A stretch of 64,000 nt of DNA from Candidatus Latescibacterota bacterium (GTDB taxonomy: Bacteria > Latescibacterota > UBA2968 > UBA8231): positions 4,416,001 through 4,480,000 of the forward strand of contig OZ242005.1 of NCBI GenBank assembly GCA_965204725.1, given 5' to 3'. The position numbers and the translations under genes are program-made. The notes below the pieces were generated by a model, which saw only the letters and a program-made list of their open reading frames with translations, was not told where the DNA came from and did no database searches. Positions within the stretch are counted from its first letter, which is position 1, and every line of letters begins with the position of its first letter. Shown in pieces: positions 19,474 through 29,155 of the stretch.

Positions 19474-20433
19474 TCACCCATTGGTGAAAATAACCCCCGA
19501 GTGCATCAGCGTCCTGAGCGTTATGGCGCAGCCGACGACGATGATGACGACTGCGCTCGCAATGGGCAGCCGCTGAATCCAGCGTCCGTCGCCTGAGAAG
19601 CGATCTACGAGCGGTCGCGCCTTGACGATGAGGATGCCGATGGCGATGAGGATGGCGGCCAGCCCGACGCTGAAAGCCACCAAAAGCACCAAACCAAAGG
19701 CAATGCGATGCAAGGCCACGGCCAGCAACAGGATCACCAAAGCCCCCGGACAAGGCACGATACCACCGGAGATTCCCAGCGTTAGCAGACTGCCGAGGGT
19801 CACTTTGTTGGGTATCTCGTGGCTGTGGCCGCGTTCCCCATGAGAGTGACCGTGATGATCGTGGTGGTGTTCTTCGTGGGAATGGTCGTGTTCGTGGCTG
19901 TGTCCGTGATCGTGATGATGCTTTTCGTGAGAGTGGCTGTGACCGGGCCCCCGTCCTCTGAGGTGACCGACCAAAAGCCATGTCCCCAGACCTATGATTA
20001 GGAGACCGGACGCCGTACCGAGGTAGGGAAAAATTTGTTCGGGAAGGATGTACTGAGAGGCAAAGAGCGCCACCAAGCCCAACAGAATGACGCTCATGGT
20101 ATGCGTGAACGTAACCACCCCCCCGAGGAAAAGGGCATTGCCTATCGTGCCGCGTGCGCCGACGAGGTAAGCGGCGACGATGGTCTTGCCGTGCCCCGGC
20201 TCTAACCCGTGGGCTGCGCCGAGAAAAAAGGACAGTGCCAACGCCCCCACGATCAGGCCGAGGGTCAGCTCTTCTGAGCGCAGCATATCGCTGAGGGCAT
20301 CCGTTTCTCCGGCGGCAGCATCGGCCGTCCCGACGGTGCGGACTGCTTCGCCGAACTCGTCCCCCCAAGCCGGGATGGCTAGCGCGATTAGGGCTAGTAG
20401 GAATATTCGCGGTATCGCTCGTTTTGCGGACAT
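19474..20433 (-). CDS. RcnA/NicO-family Ni/Co transporter with a His-rich loop
   Basis: GAAHGLEPGHGKT, THT, a long His-rich loop and the GGIVPCPGA motif. Confidence 0.85.
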   Translation of the reverse strand: MSAKRAIPRIFLLALIALAIPAWGDEFGEAVRTVGTADAAAGETDALSDMLRSEELTLGLIVGALALSFFLGAAHGLEPGHGKTIVAAYLVGARGTIGNALFLGGVVTFTHTMSVILLGLVALFASQYILPEQIFPYLGTASGLLIIGLGTWLLVGHLRGRGPGHSHSHEKHHHDHGHSHEHDHSHEEHHHDHHGHSHGERGHSHEIPNKVTLGSLLTLGISGGIVPCPGALVILLLAVALHRIAFGLVLLVAFSVGLAAILIAIGILIVKARPLVDRFSGDGRWIQRLPIASAVVIIVVGCAITLRTLMHSGVIFTNG

Positions 20434-20520
20434 GGTTTGCCTCCACCAGACATTAAGTCCTGAACCAATTCTCTGATTTTCTTGAAGATGCCCCGACGGG
20501 CAATTTCGGCCCAAGGTCGC

Positions 20521-21294
20521 TCACCCCTTCGGCACCACTAGAGCGCGGTCGCCGTAGGGGATTGAATCCATTTCAGTGTCGTAGATTCGCTCCAGAAAGT
20601 CGCGGTCCCACGGCCGCTCGGCCGCCGGTAGCCGCTCCACCGCTCCATCTTTGAGAAAAATGAAGTGATCCCCATACAGAAAGGCACTGTTGGGGTCGTG
20701 CAGAACGGCGAGGACCGTGAGGTCGGCATCGACCAATTCGCGGATTAGGCGCAACAGGTGCGCTTGGTTGAGGAAGTCGAGATGCGAACTCGGCTCGTCG
20801 AGGAGGATGAGCCGGGGCTGCTGAGCCAAAACCCGAGCGATGCGGACGAGCTGTTGCTCCCCCCCCGATAGCTCGGTATAAGAGCGTTCCTTTAGATGGA
20901 TAATGCCGACCCGCTCCAGCGCGGCGATGCAGATTTCGACGTCCTCCTGCTTGGGGACATAAGTGACGTAGCTGGCGCGGCCAGTCAGGACCACGTCTTG
21001 GACGGAAAAGGGGAAAGTGGGTCGGTGGTGCTGGGGTAGGTAGCCGAGGACGCGGGCCCGCCGCCGGGACGAGAAGGAGCGGAGTTCCTCCTCATAGATA
21101 CGCACTTGGCCGCGCTCAAAGTCGAGGAGGCCGCCGAGAATGCGCATGAGCGTCGATTTGCCGCTGCCGTTTTTGCCGAGCAGGACTGTGAACTGCCCGG
21201 TCGGGATTTCCAGCGAGACCTCGTTGAGGATCGGCCTTCCTTCGTAGGCAAAGAAGAGCTTCTCGACTCGAATCGCAGGTGCTAGGTCTCCCAT
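20521..21294 (-). CDS. ABC transporter ATP-binding subunit (FecE/BtuD-like)
   Basis: GKNGSGKST, LSGGE, LLDEP, H-loop. Confidence 0.92.
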   Translation of the reverse strand: MGDLAPAIRVEKLFFAYEGRPILNEVSLEIPTGQFTVLLGKNGSGKSTLMRILGGLLDFERGQVRIYEEELRSFSSRRRARVLGYLPQHHRPTFPFSVQDVVLTGRASYVTYVPKQEDVEICIAALERVGIIHLKERSYTELSGGEQQLVRIARVLAQQPRLILLDEPSSHLDFLNQAHLLRLIRELVDADLTVLAVLHDPNSAFLYGDHFIFLKDGAVERLPAAERPWDRDFLERIYDTEMDSIPYGDRALVVPKG

Positions 21295-22289
21295 CCGATC
21301 CGCGCCTTTTTGAGGAGGAAGATGAAGAACGGCCCGCCGAGCAAGGTGGTGAACACCCCGACCGGGATTTCAAAGGAGGCCAACGTGCGCGAGCAGGTAT
21401 CGACCAGCAACAGGAAAGCTCCGCCGAAGGCAAAGGAGGCCGGCAGGGTGTGGCGGTTGTCCGGCCCCAGCAACATGCGCACCATGTGCGGCACGGCGAG
21501 GCCAATCATGCTGATGACGCCGGCCACGGCAATCGCCGCGGAGGCCGCGAGGGTCGCTGGAATGAGCACCAGCACCCGCTCCCGCTCTGGGTTGAGGCCG
21601 ACCGCGCGGGCCTCTTCGTCGCCTTGGGCGAGCACGTTCATGCGCCAGCGAAAGAGAAAGAGCCAGACCACGCCGATGCCCACCCCCGGGGCGGCCGAGC
21701 GCAGCTTGGCCCAACTCGAATTGTGCAGGTTGCCCATGGTCCAGTGGACGATGGTTTGCAGCTTGTAGGGGTCGGTGAGGAACTGGACGATGGTTAGCAG
21801 GGCGGTGAAGATCCCGGTGACGATCACCCCCGAGAGGATGAGGGAGACGACCGACACGGTCTTGCGGGTGCGGGCTAAGAAGTAAGCCAAGCCCACGGCG
21901 ATCAGGCCAAAGCCGAAGGCCGTCGGCTGAACTGGCAGGAACGGCAGCACCAGCGCTAGGGCCGCGCCAAAGGCCGCGCCGGAGGAAAGCCCGAGGATGT
22001 AGGGGGCCACGAGGGGATTGCGAAACAGCGCCTGCAAGGCGTTGCCGGCCGCGGCCAAGGCCCCCCCCACCAGAAAGGTGAGGAGGATGCGCGGCAGGCG
22101 CACCTCCCATACGATTGTGCCAACCAGTGCGTCTTCGCTGCTGGGGGCCGCTTCGCGGAAAAGCAGGCCGTAGAGCCAGACGAGAATTTTCCCCGCCTCA
22201 GCACTGGCAGAAGGGCCGAGCAGCAAGGAGCCGAAGAGCACCGGCAGCGGCAGGGCGTAAATGAGGCGGCGGCGGAACGCGCTGTTCAC
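21282..22289 (-). CDS. FecCD/BtuC-family ABC permease
   Basis: RLPRI, LFRNPLVAPYILGLSSGA and EIPVGVFT motifs; probable GTG start overlapping the upstream stop. Confidence 0.9.
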   Translation of the reverse strand: MNSAFRRRLIYALPLPVLFGSLLLGPSASAEAGKILVWLYGLLFREAAPSSEDALVGTIVWEVRLPRILLTFLVGGALAAAGNALQALFRNPLVAPYILGLSSGAAFGAALALVLPFLPVQPTAFGFGLIAVGLAYFLARTRKTVSVVSLILSGVIVTGIFTALLTIVQFLTDPYKLQTIVHWTMGNLHNSSWAKLRSAAPGVGIGVVWLFLFRWRMNVLAQGDEEARAVGLNPERERVLVLIPATLAASAAIAVAGVISMIGLAVPHMVRMLLGPDNRHTLPASFAFGGAFLLLVDTCSRTLASFEIPVGVFTTLLGGPFFIFLLKKARIGWET

Positions 22290-23350
22290 GGGCCGGTTCC
22301 CTTCCCCAATGAGAGGGGCGGTAGCTCTCCGAGCCGCCCCCCGTATAGCTTGTTCAGCAGGCTGGCCCGCAGCTTTTCCAAATCCGTTGCGGAGAAGCTG
22401 CTTGGATAGCACCAGCGGGCGACGAGATCGACGGTGAAGATGTATTTGAGGGTCCAGAAGTCGCACGAGAAGGGATCGGGCAGCTCGTGGACCTGCCCGT
22501 TGCGCACTGCCGAGAGCGAGCTCCAGCCGGATAGCTCGCCGATGTCCTCAGCGTCGAGCCGGTCGTTGCACCACATGACGATCCGCTCTGGGTTCCAGAC
22601 GAGGACGTTTTCGAGGTTGACGACGAGGTGCTCTAGCTCGCTGTCGTCCGCCACGTTGATTCCCCCGGCCAGATCGATGAGCTCCTGCACGGTGCTGTTG
22701 CGGCCGCCCGTCTCCAGCGGCCCTTGATCCCACATGAAGTACACGCGCGGCTTGGTGCCGCCTAGGGCCGTCTTGCGCTGCACCGCGGTCAGTTCCTCCT
22801 CGGCAATGGCGAGGAGCTCGGCCGCCCGTTCCTCCGTGCCGGTTAGCTCGCCGAGGGCGGTGATCTCGCGGTGAATATCCGCAAAGCGCTCGATAAAGAC
22901 GCCAAAGACCGGGATGCCTTTCTCTTCGAGGGCGGCGATGGATTCCTCTTGACCGGCCCAGAGGACGACCAAGTCGGGCCGCAGCGCGACCATGCTCTCG
23001 ATGTTGACAAAGTCCCAGTTGCCCGGCGTCGGCAGGGTGCGCTCGCGGATGCGTTGGTCCATAGCCGCGTAGTACGGGAAGACGCTCTCTTGGTAGATGT
23101 TGCTCGAAATGCCGACGACACGCGCTTCGGCCCCGAGCATGTACAGGCCGCTGAGCGCGCTTTCGAGCAGGCAGACGATGCGCTCGGCCGGTTGGTCCAA
23201 CTCGATGCGGCGGCCCCGGAAGTCGGTGACCGCGACGCCCTCCCCGGCCGCCGGCTCGCTGACGAGCAGGAGGCCGAAGAGAAGCAGCAAGAGCGGACGC
23301 TGGTATTCCGCGACCGCTCCGGTGCGAGGGACGGCTGCTTCAGCGGGCAT
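22286..23350 (-). CDS. Periplasmic metal-chelate/cobalamin-type substrate-binding protein
   Basis: VTDFRGR...PAERIV, NIESMVALRPDLVV and SAVRNGQV motifs. Confidence 0.88.
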   Translation of the reverse strand: MPAEAAVPRTGAVAEYQRPLLLLLFGLLLVSEPAAGEGVAVTDFRGRRIELDQPAERIVCLLESALSGLYMLGAEARVVGISSNIYQESVFPYYAAMDQRIRERTLPTPGNWDFVNIESMVALRPDLVVLWAGQEESIAALEEKGIPVFGVFIERFADIHREITALGELTGTEERAAELLAIAEEELTAVQRKTALGGTKPRVYFMWDQGPLETGGRNSTVQELIDLAGGINVADDSELEHLVVNLENVLVWNPERIVMWCNDRLDAEDIGELSGWSSLSAVRNGQVHELPDPFSCDFWTLKYIFTVDLVARWCYPSSFSATDLEKLRASLLNKLYGGRLGELPPLSLGKGTGP

Positions 23351-23353
23351 TGG

Positions 23354-25408
23354 CTAGAAGGAGACCATTAGGCCGCCGTTAGCCGAGAAGCCGGGATCCT
23401 GAAACTGCCACGGCATCTCAAAGGTTTGGTTGGTGATGTTGTACGGCTCGAGAAAGAGGTGCAAGTCGTACCCACTCTTGGAGCGGATGCGCTGCTCTAG
23501 GCGGGCGTTTACCAGCGTGTACCCGTCGAAGATCTGGGCGTCCTTGCTGACGTCTGAGTAGATGCCGCTGTAGGACTGCACCGAGACCGTCGCCCGCAAA
23601 CCTTGCGTAAGGGTCAGATGAACCCCGGCGCTGATCGCGCTTTCCGGGACGAAGTTGATCTTGGCGCCGACCTTGCTCGGATCTTCCGAATTTTCCACCA
23701 CTTCGGCGTTGGTGTAGGTGTAGTTGGCGAACCACTCCACCGTTTCGCTGAGGCGATGGGTGACCTCCAGTTCCGCGCCGGAGGTCTCGGTGAGGCCGGC
23801 GTTGATGTCCTGCGACTGGGGTTTGTCTGGAACCTCCCGCTGGACAATCTGGTCGTCGATTCGGATAGCGAATCCACGGACGCCGACCCGCAGCCCTTCT
23901 ACCGGCTGGAAGTTCACTCCAAGATCCAAACTGACCCCCGACTCCGGCTTGATGTCTGGATTTGGGAGGTGGCCGCTGTCATCGCTGCCCAAGGGGACGG
24001 TGCCGCCCACCGACTTGAGGGAGGGTGCCTTGAAGCTGGTGCCCGAGTTTAAGTAGATGGCGAGCATTTCGTTGTGGTTGTAGCGCACCCCGAAGCTGGT
24101 CAGGAACTTGTTCCAAGAGTTGCTGTCGTCTCCCGGAGCCGCGCCTTGGAACAGGTCGATGTCGTGGGCGATGCCGCTGTAGCGCACCCCGCCGCGAATG
24201 ATGAAGCGGCTCAAATGCACCTCTTCTTGGGCATAGAGGCCGAAAGCGGTGGCCGTGGCGTCGTTGCCTGTCTTGGCCACATCGGCCTCGGACGAGGTCT
24301 CATACGAGGCATGCTGATAGTCGGCCCCCACGGTCAGCACATCCGTCTCTCGGGTCAAGAGGGAGACGGATATATCGGCCGGCACGACCGTCTGATCGAC
24401 CCCATCCTCCGAGCGCAGAGACAGGCTCTCGGGAATGACCATTCCATTGTCGTCGCGCGCAAAGTTGTCCTCCTCCCAGCGGCGCACGTAGTCGCGGTAG
24501 CCGACTTTTGCCCGGACCGTCATGTTGTCGGAGAGCGGGTTCGTGTACCCGGCGTTCAGGGTGGTGTAGGCGTGGCCGAAGTCTCGGTTTGGGCGACCGG
24601 CGTCGCCGGTGTGCCAAGTGCGGTGGGCGTAGAGGGAGGCCCGTTGGCCGCTGTCGTTGAGGAAATAGGTCCCCCGCATGTACATCTTGGTCTTTTCGTA
24701 GTTCGGGGAATCGTCCTCGAGCATGTTTAGCCAAGAGTTTCTGTTGCCGCTCTCGTCGAAGGTTCCGTAGTACGTGTAGTCCGAATCCTCGTGGTGACCG
24801 CCGAAGAAGAGGTGGAGATTGCCGGCTGCGCGTTGGTGGAAAAAGCGGCCGCCGATGGTGTTGTAGGAGCCGTAGTAAGCCGAGGCGTTGGTGCGGGTGC
24901 TGCTGACGCGCTCCTTGAGGATGAAGTTGGCCGTTCCGGCCAGCGGCGATTGATTGCCGGCGAAGTCCATGGCCAAGTAGGTCGGGTAGAGCACCGAGGC
25001 CGACCCGCGCTGGTCTTCGACCCGCTGGAAGGCCCACGGATCGAGGCTCTGGAGATCGACGAACGCGTCAATGGGCAGGCCGTCGAGCATGTAGCCTTTG
25101 TAGGTGTGGGCCAAGCCGCCGGAGGAGCCCCAGTTGGCGTCGTTGCGGGACAGCACATTGGCGAAGTTGCCTGGGATGTACGAGAGCATCTCGGCGAGAT
25201 TGCCGTTGCCGAGGACCAGCGATCCCATCTCGTCGGCGGTGATGATGGAGATCTTCTGGGTCACATTCCCCGGCGTCTGCGGCAGCTTGGAGCCGGTGAT
25301 GATCATTTCTCCCATTTCATACACATCGTCGTCATTGGCTTCGTCATCGGCCAGCACGGGGGCGCCGAGGAGAAAAATGGGCAATGCACTGAGAAGTAGG
25401 CGCTTCAT
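23354..25408 (-). CDS. TonB-dependent receptor
   Basis: Signal peptide, TonB-box-like MIITGS, plug region, NPDIKPES, C-terminal Phe. Confidence 0.88.
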   Translation of the reverse strand: MKRLLLSALPIFLLGAPVLADDEANDDDVYEMGEMIITGSKLPQTPGNVTQKISIITADEMGSLVLGNGNLAEMLSYIPGNFANVLSRNDANWGSSGGLAHTYKGYMLDGLPIDAFVDLQSLDPWAFQRVEDQRGSASVLYPTYLAMDFAGNQSPLAGTANFILKERVSSTRTNASAYYGSYNTIGGRFFHQRAAGNLHLFFGGHHEDSDYTYYGTFDESGNRNSWLNMLEDDSPNYEKTKMYMRGTYFLNDSGQRASLYAHRTWHTGDAGRPNRDFGHAYTTLNAGYTNPLSDNMTVRAKVGYRDYVRRWEEDNFARDDNGMVIPESLSLRSEDGVDQTVVPADISVSLLTRETDVLTVGADYQHASYETSSEADVAKTGNDATATAFGLYAQEEVHLSRFIIRGGVRYSGIAHDIDLFQGAAPGDDSNSWNKFLTSFGVRYNHNEMLAIYLNSGTSFKAPSLKSVGGTVPLGSDDSGHLPNPDIKPESGVSLDLGVNFQPVEGLRVGVRGFAIRIDDQIVQREVPDKPQSQDINAGLTETSGAELEVTHRLSETVEWFANYTYTNAEVVENSEDPSKVGAKINFVPESAISAGVHLTLTQGLRATVSVQSYSGIYSDVSKDAQIFDGYTLVNARLEQRIRSKSGYDLHLFLEPYNITNQTFEMPWQFQDPGFSANGGLMVSF

Positions 25409-25486
25409 AAGAGCGACTCCTTTGGAGAGGTGAGTGTGAGGTAACGCTAGCAGCATTAAACGAGGAAAAGCGAGCGGACGCAAGCC

Positions 25487-26332
25487 TTAAAGCCCCAAGA
25501 TGCCGAGGCTATCGCGGTGGATTAGGGCGTGGATCTCGCGCTCGTTCAAGCGCGGCAAGGCCGTGCCGTCGAGCATTTTGTTCAATCCGTACAGGCCGTC
25601 TATGGAGGCATCGATGGTCGTAAAGGGATAGTCGCTGCCAAACAGCAACTTGTGCCAGACTCCGTATTCCTGCACCAGCATCAGACTGTGGTAGAGCTGG
25701 AAAGGCCGATAGTGGAGTGCGCTGACGTCGGCGTACACGTTGGGGTGTTTGCGAATGACGGCCACGCACTCGCCCTCGTAGGGATGCGCTAGGTGGGCCA
25801 TGATGATTTTGACCTCTGGGAAGCGGATGGCCACCGGGTCGAGATGGCGCGGCAAGGTGCAGTCGAGCGGGGCTTGGGCAACAAAGGTCGTGCCGGTGTG
25901 CAACAGCACGGGCAGGCCGTGCTCGGCGGCATAGCGCCACAGCGGGTCGAGGCTTTGGTCGTGCGGATAGAAACCAGCGTACATGGAGAGCAGCTTGATG
26001 CCTTTAAGGCCGAGTTCTTGGTGCCCGTAGGCCATTTCTTGCTCCCAACCGTCTTGGGTGGGGTCGAGCGAGAGGAAGCCGATCAGCGCGTCTGGGTGCG
26101 CGGCGACGTAATCGGCGACATAGCGGTCATCTACCCAGAGGCCGGCGCGGCGAGCCTTGCCGCCGAAGACGATGGTTTTGTCGCAGTGTTGTGCGCCCGC
26201 GCGATAGGCTTCGTACCTGATGGTTAGGTCGAGGGCCTCGTCGGCTTTGGCCACTTGGGCGGCTTGCTGGCGGAATTGGTCGGTGAAATGCTCGGGGTAT
26301 TGCCAAGCGTGGCTGTGGACGTCGGTTATCAT
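25487..26332 (-). CDS. Amidohydrolase family protein (Amidohydro_2)
   Basis: DVHSH, PVLLHTG, IMAH and LFGSDYP motifs. Confidence 0.9.
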   Translation of the reverse strand: MITDVHSHAWQYPEHFTDQFRQQAAQVAKADEALDLTIRYEAYRAGAQHCDKTIVFGGKARRAGLWVDDRYVADYVAAHPDALIGFLSLDPTQDGWEQEMAYGHQELGLKGIKLLSMYAGFYPHDQSLDPLWRYAAEHGLPVLLHTGTTFVAQAPLDCTLPRHLDPVAIRFPEVKIIMAHLAHPYEGECVAVIRKHPNVYADVSALHYRPFQLYHSLMLVQEYGVWHKLLFGSDYPFTTIDASIDGLYGLNKMLDGTALPRLNEREIHALIHRDSLGILGL

Positions 26333-26478
26333 GTTGTAGGCTAAGGAATTGCTTGTCTGTTTGCGGCTATGTTATTATTTTTGTTTTTCGCGTAAATAAT
26401 GTAGGAAAAAGGAAGAACAATCCCGGAATAGCCGTCAAGATAATTGCTTGGCGGCGAATAAACAAACGGAGAAACCTA

Positions 26479-28899
26479 ATGCAGCGGACAATATCGATAG
26501 CTATCTTCCTAACTCTTTTGGGAGTAAGCGGTCTATTTCTCAGCGCTCATCCGGCTTGGGCCGATGGACACGAGCCTGTAGGCATCAAGGTATATGAGGT
26601 TGGCGTCGAGATTGAGCCGCTGGAGCTACCGGCGGTCGCGGGCGGCACTCCGCCGCTGACGTACAGCGTGTCGGGCCTGCCGGCGGGCTTGTCGTTTGAC
26701 GCGACCACGCGGACGATTTCGGGTACGCCCGAAGCCGTGGGCGAACCTGTGACCGTCACGTACAGGGTTGCGGACGCCGCGGGGGCCTCCAGTTCCGTGA
26801 CGTTCCTCGTGGAGATCGCGAAGCCCGCTTTGGACGCGCCAGACAGGTTGATAGCCCAAGACTACACGGGTGCTGACGGTTCGGGCGACCAAGGCGGCTT
26901 TTTGCTGCTGACGTGGGACCTGTCGGACGATCACGCCACGCTCGACGGCTATCGCATCTTCCGCGAGTTCCAAGTAACGCATGGGTTGTCTCCAGCCGTG
27001 GTTGAAGAGGGCGACGACGAGGGCGACGAGGGCGATGGCGACGAGGAACATGAGGAACACAGCCACGAGCATTTTCACGAGCATACGGAAGTCACCCATA
27101 CGCACGCGCATACGCACAACGGCAGCGATACTGAACCCCATATCCACGAGCATCTCGAAGTTGAAATTGAAATTGAAGCCGAAGTTGAAGAGCCGGTCGT
27201 CCAATCCGTTGTCGAGCTAGACGCGCCGGTGATGAAGATGATGCCTTGGGCGTTTGTGGATGCGGTGCCGGGGGTTAATATCGGCCGCGCCATCGTCGCG
27301 ACGCTCGATAATGTTGCGACTAGGTGGGGCATTGCAGCCGAGCGCAATGGCGAGACTACGTACGTGGAGGCTAAGGCTGCGTTTGTCCGCGCCGACGCAG
27401 TGAATCACGCCTACGAGCAGATGGCCGCGACGCTGCTGGCCAGCCGCGAGGCGGCCCAAGCCGGTGACGCGCCGGTGTTCGCCGCGCTGCTGCCGGAAGC
27501 CCTCGCTTTCGCCGAGGGTGTGGCTCCCAAGTTCAATCTCGTTGCCGCGGGGACAGAGCGCTCAGACCTGACCTTTACCGAAGAGGCGGCGCGCGCCATC
27601 GACAACATCGCGCCGGCCGCAGTGCCGTTCCTGAGCGCGTTGGACGCGCCCGGCGACGCGGGCAGCCGCATCGTCCTGAAGTGGACGCGCTCGGCGTCCG
27701 ACCGGCTCGTGCAGGGTGCTGCCGGGGCCATCGGCCCAGCCGCCTACGCGCCCGTCGCGGGCGTCGCCGGCTACGGCATCTATCGCCAAGCTGCGGGTGC
27801 CGACGAATTCGTCTTGGTCGGGCAGGTCGATGCTGGGGCTACGTCGTTTGTCGATGAAACGGCGCTCAACGGCGTGCGCTATACCTATCAGGTGCGTGCC
27901 TACGACGCGGACAACGAGACGGCTTCGGTTGAGCAGACAGCGCTGGCTGTGCGCAACCAAGTGGTCGATAGCGAAGGCCGCGTCCTGTTGGGTCTGTTCG
28001 GCGCGGACAACCGCGTTGGCTTTGATGACTTCTTCCTCTTGGCCGATATGTTCGGTTTGACGGCCGCAGACAGCGCGTTTGACCCGGCGTTTGACCTCGC
28101 GCCCAGTGCCCAGCCGCAGATTGATTTCGACGACTTCTTCGTCTTTGCCGATTACTTTGGTCGCAGCACGGGAGCGGCCGCCAAGCGGGTGCCCATGCAG
28201 GCGGGTCTGAATGCGGATGCGCGGTTGTATCTGGCGGCGCAGACGGCGCTGCCGAGCGTGGGTGAAGACTTCGTGCTCAATGTGCGCCTAGCCGATTTTG
28301 CCGCGCTGAAGGGCTACGGCCTGCAAGTGGAGTATGAGGCCGATAAGCTGACGTTTGTCGAGGTGCTCACCGAGCAGCCGCTGGGGGCGGGTGCGTTGGC
28401 CGCGCCGCAGGTGCTGGCCGACGAAGCAGGCGTCTTAGCGGTGGTTGCTCACGGGGAGGTGGTCGCCGAAGGCGAGGTGGGGTTGAGCTTGGTATTTCGC
28501 GCTACGGCAGCGATTGAGAATACAGTCCTAGAGATCACCGACAGCCAGACCTACGATAGCCAGTTCGGCGTCAACCGCCCCGCGTTGCCGATGCCGGTGG
28601 CGTTGCAGACGCGGCCAGAAGCATTCGCGCTGTCGAACAACTTTCCGAACCCGTTCAACCCGGAGACGACGATCCAATACGCACTGCCGCAGGCGGCGGA
28701 TGTGCAGTTGACCGTGTACAACGTCGCCGGTCAGGTGGTGCGGACGTTGGTGGCCGAGCATCAGAGCGCGGGGCGCTACACGGTGGCGTGGGACGCGACT
28801 AATGACAGCGGGCACAGGTTGTCGTCGGGGATGTATTTCTACCGCCTGCAAGCGGGCGGCGAGTTCCGCGAAGTCAATAAGATGCTGTTGATCAAGTGA
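26479..28899 (+). CDS. Secreted surface protein: putative Ig domain, His/Glu-rich tract, FN3-like, EF-hand/dockerin-like, cohesin-like and C-terminal FlgD-Ig/T9SS-CTD-like domains
   Basis: Signal peptide; [19 protein letters not shown]; FDDFFxxAD pairs; [17 protein letters not shown]...SGMYFYRL...KMLLIK tail. Confidence 0.8.
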   Translation: MQRTISIAIFLTLLGVSGLFLSAHPAWADGHEPVGIKVYEVGVEIEPLELPAVAGGTPPLTYSVSGLPAGLSFDATTRTISGTPEAVGEPVTVTYRVADAAGASSSVTFLVEIAKPALDAPDRLIAQDYTGADGSGDQGGFLLLTWDLSDDHATLDGYRIFREFQVTHGLSPAVVEEGDDEGDEGDGDEEHEEHSHEHFHEHTEVTHTHAHTHNGSDTEPHIHEHLEVEIEIEAEVEEPVVQSVVELDAPVMKMMPWAFVDAVPGVNIGRAIVATLDNVATRWGIAAERNGETTYVEAKAAFVRADAVNHAYEQMAATLLASREAAQAGDAPVFAALLPEALAFAEGVAPKFNLVAAGTERSDLTFTEEAARAIDNIAPAAVPFLSALDAPGDAGSRIVLKWTRSASDRLVQGAAGAIGPAAYAPVAGVAGYGIYRQAAGADEFVLVGQVDAGATSFVDETALNGVRYTYQVRAYDADNETASVEQTALAVRNQVVDSEGRVLLGLFGADNRVGFDDFFLLADMFGLTAADSAFDPAFDLAPSAQPQIDFDDFFVFADYFGRSTGAAAKRVPMQAGLNADARLYLAAQTALPSVGEDFVLNVRLADFAALKGYGLQVEYEADKLTFVEVLTEQPLGAGALAAPQVLADEAGVLAVVAHGEVVAEGEVGLSLVFRATAAIENTVLEITDSQTYDSQFGVNRPALPMPVALQTRPEAFALSNNFPNPFNPETTIQYALPQAADVQLTVYNVAGQVVRTLVAEHQSAGRYTVAWDATNDSGHRLSSGMYFYRLQAGGEFREVNKMLLIK

Positions 28900-29054
28900 T
28901 GCCGACAGCACCTGGGATTGAGGGCATCCCGCCCTCGGTCCTGGGCGCAACGGGAACACCGGAAAAGGCGGACTCATTCGTGCCGCGGCTTTCCTCAGCA
29001 GGCGAGTGAGGCGCAAATTCGTCATTCCATGAAGCGTCCTGCCACGAAAGAACA

Positions 29055-29138
29055 CTGGATTCCCGCTTGCGCGGGAATGACGGAGCCCGTCTCTACAGCT
29101 TGTTCAACACGACCCAAGGTGAGTTTTCAGACCGTTTC
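29055..29138. repeat. MITE/REP-like element, same family as 4693-4827
   Basis: CTGGATTCCCGCTTGCGCGGGAATGAC...GACCCAAGGTGAGTTTTCAGAC. Confidence 0.75.
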
Positions 29139-29155
29139 TTACACGACAGCTAAAA

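Noticed and set aside
19316-20446. Long alternative-frame and antisense ORFs in the track (also e.g. 38325-39539, 56383-57243)
   Set aside because: Arg/Pro-rich shadow frames of high-GC genes with no motifs.
25409-25486. Cobalamin or metal riboswitch before the TonB operon
   Set aside because: The gap is only ~78 bp and shows no recognisable riboswitch motif.
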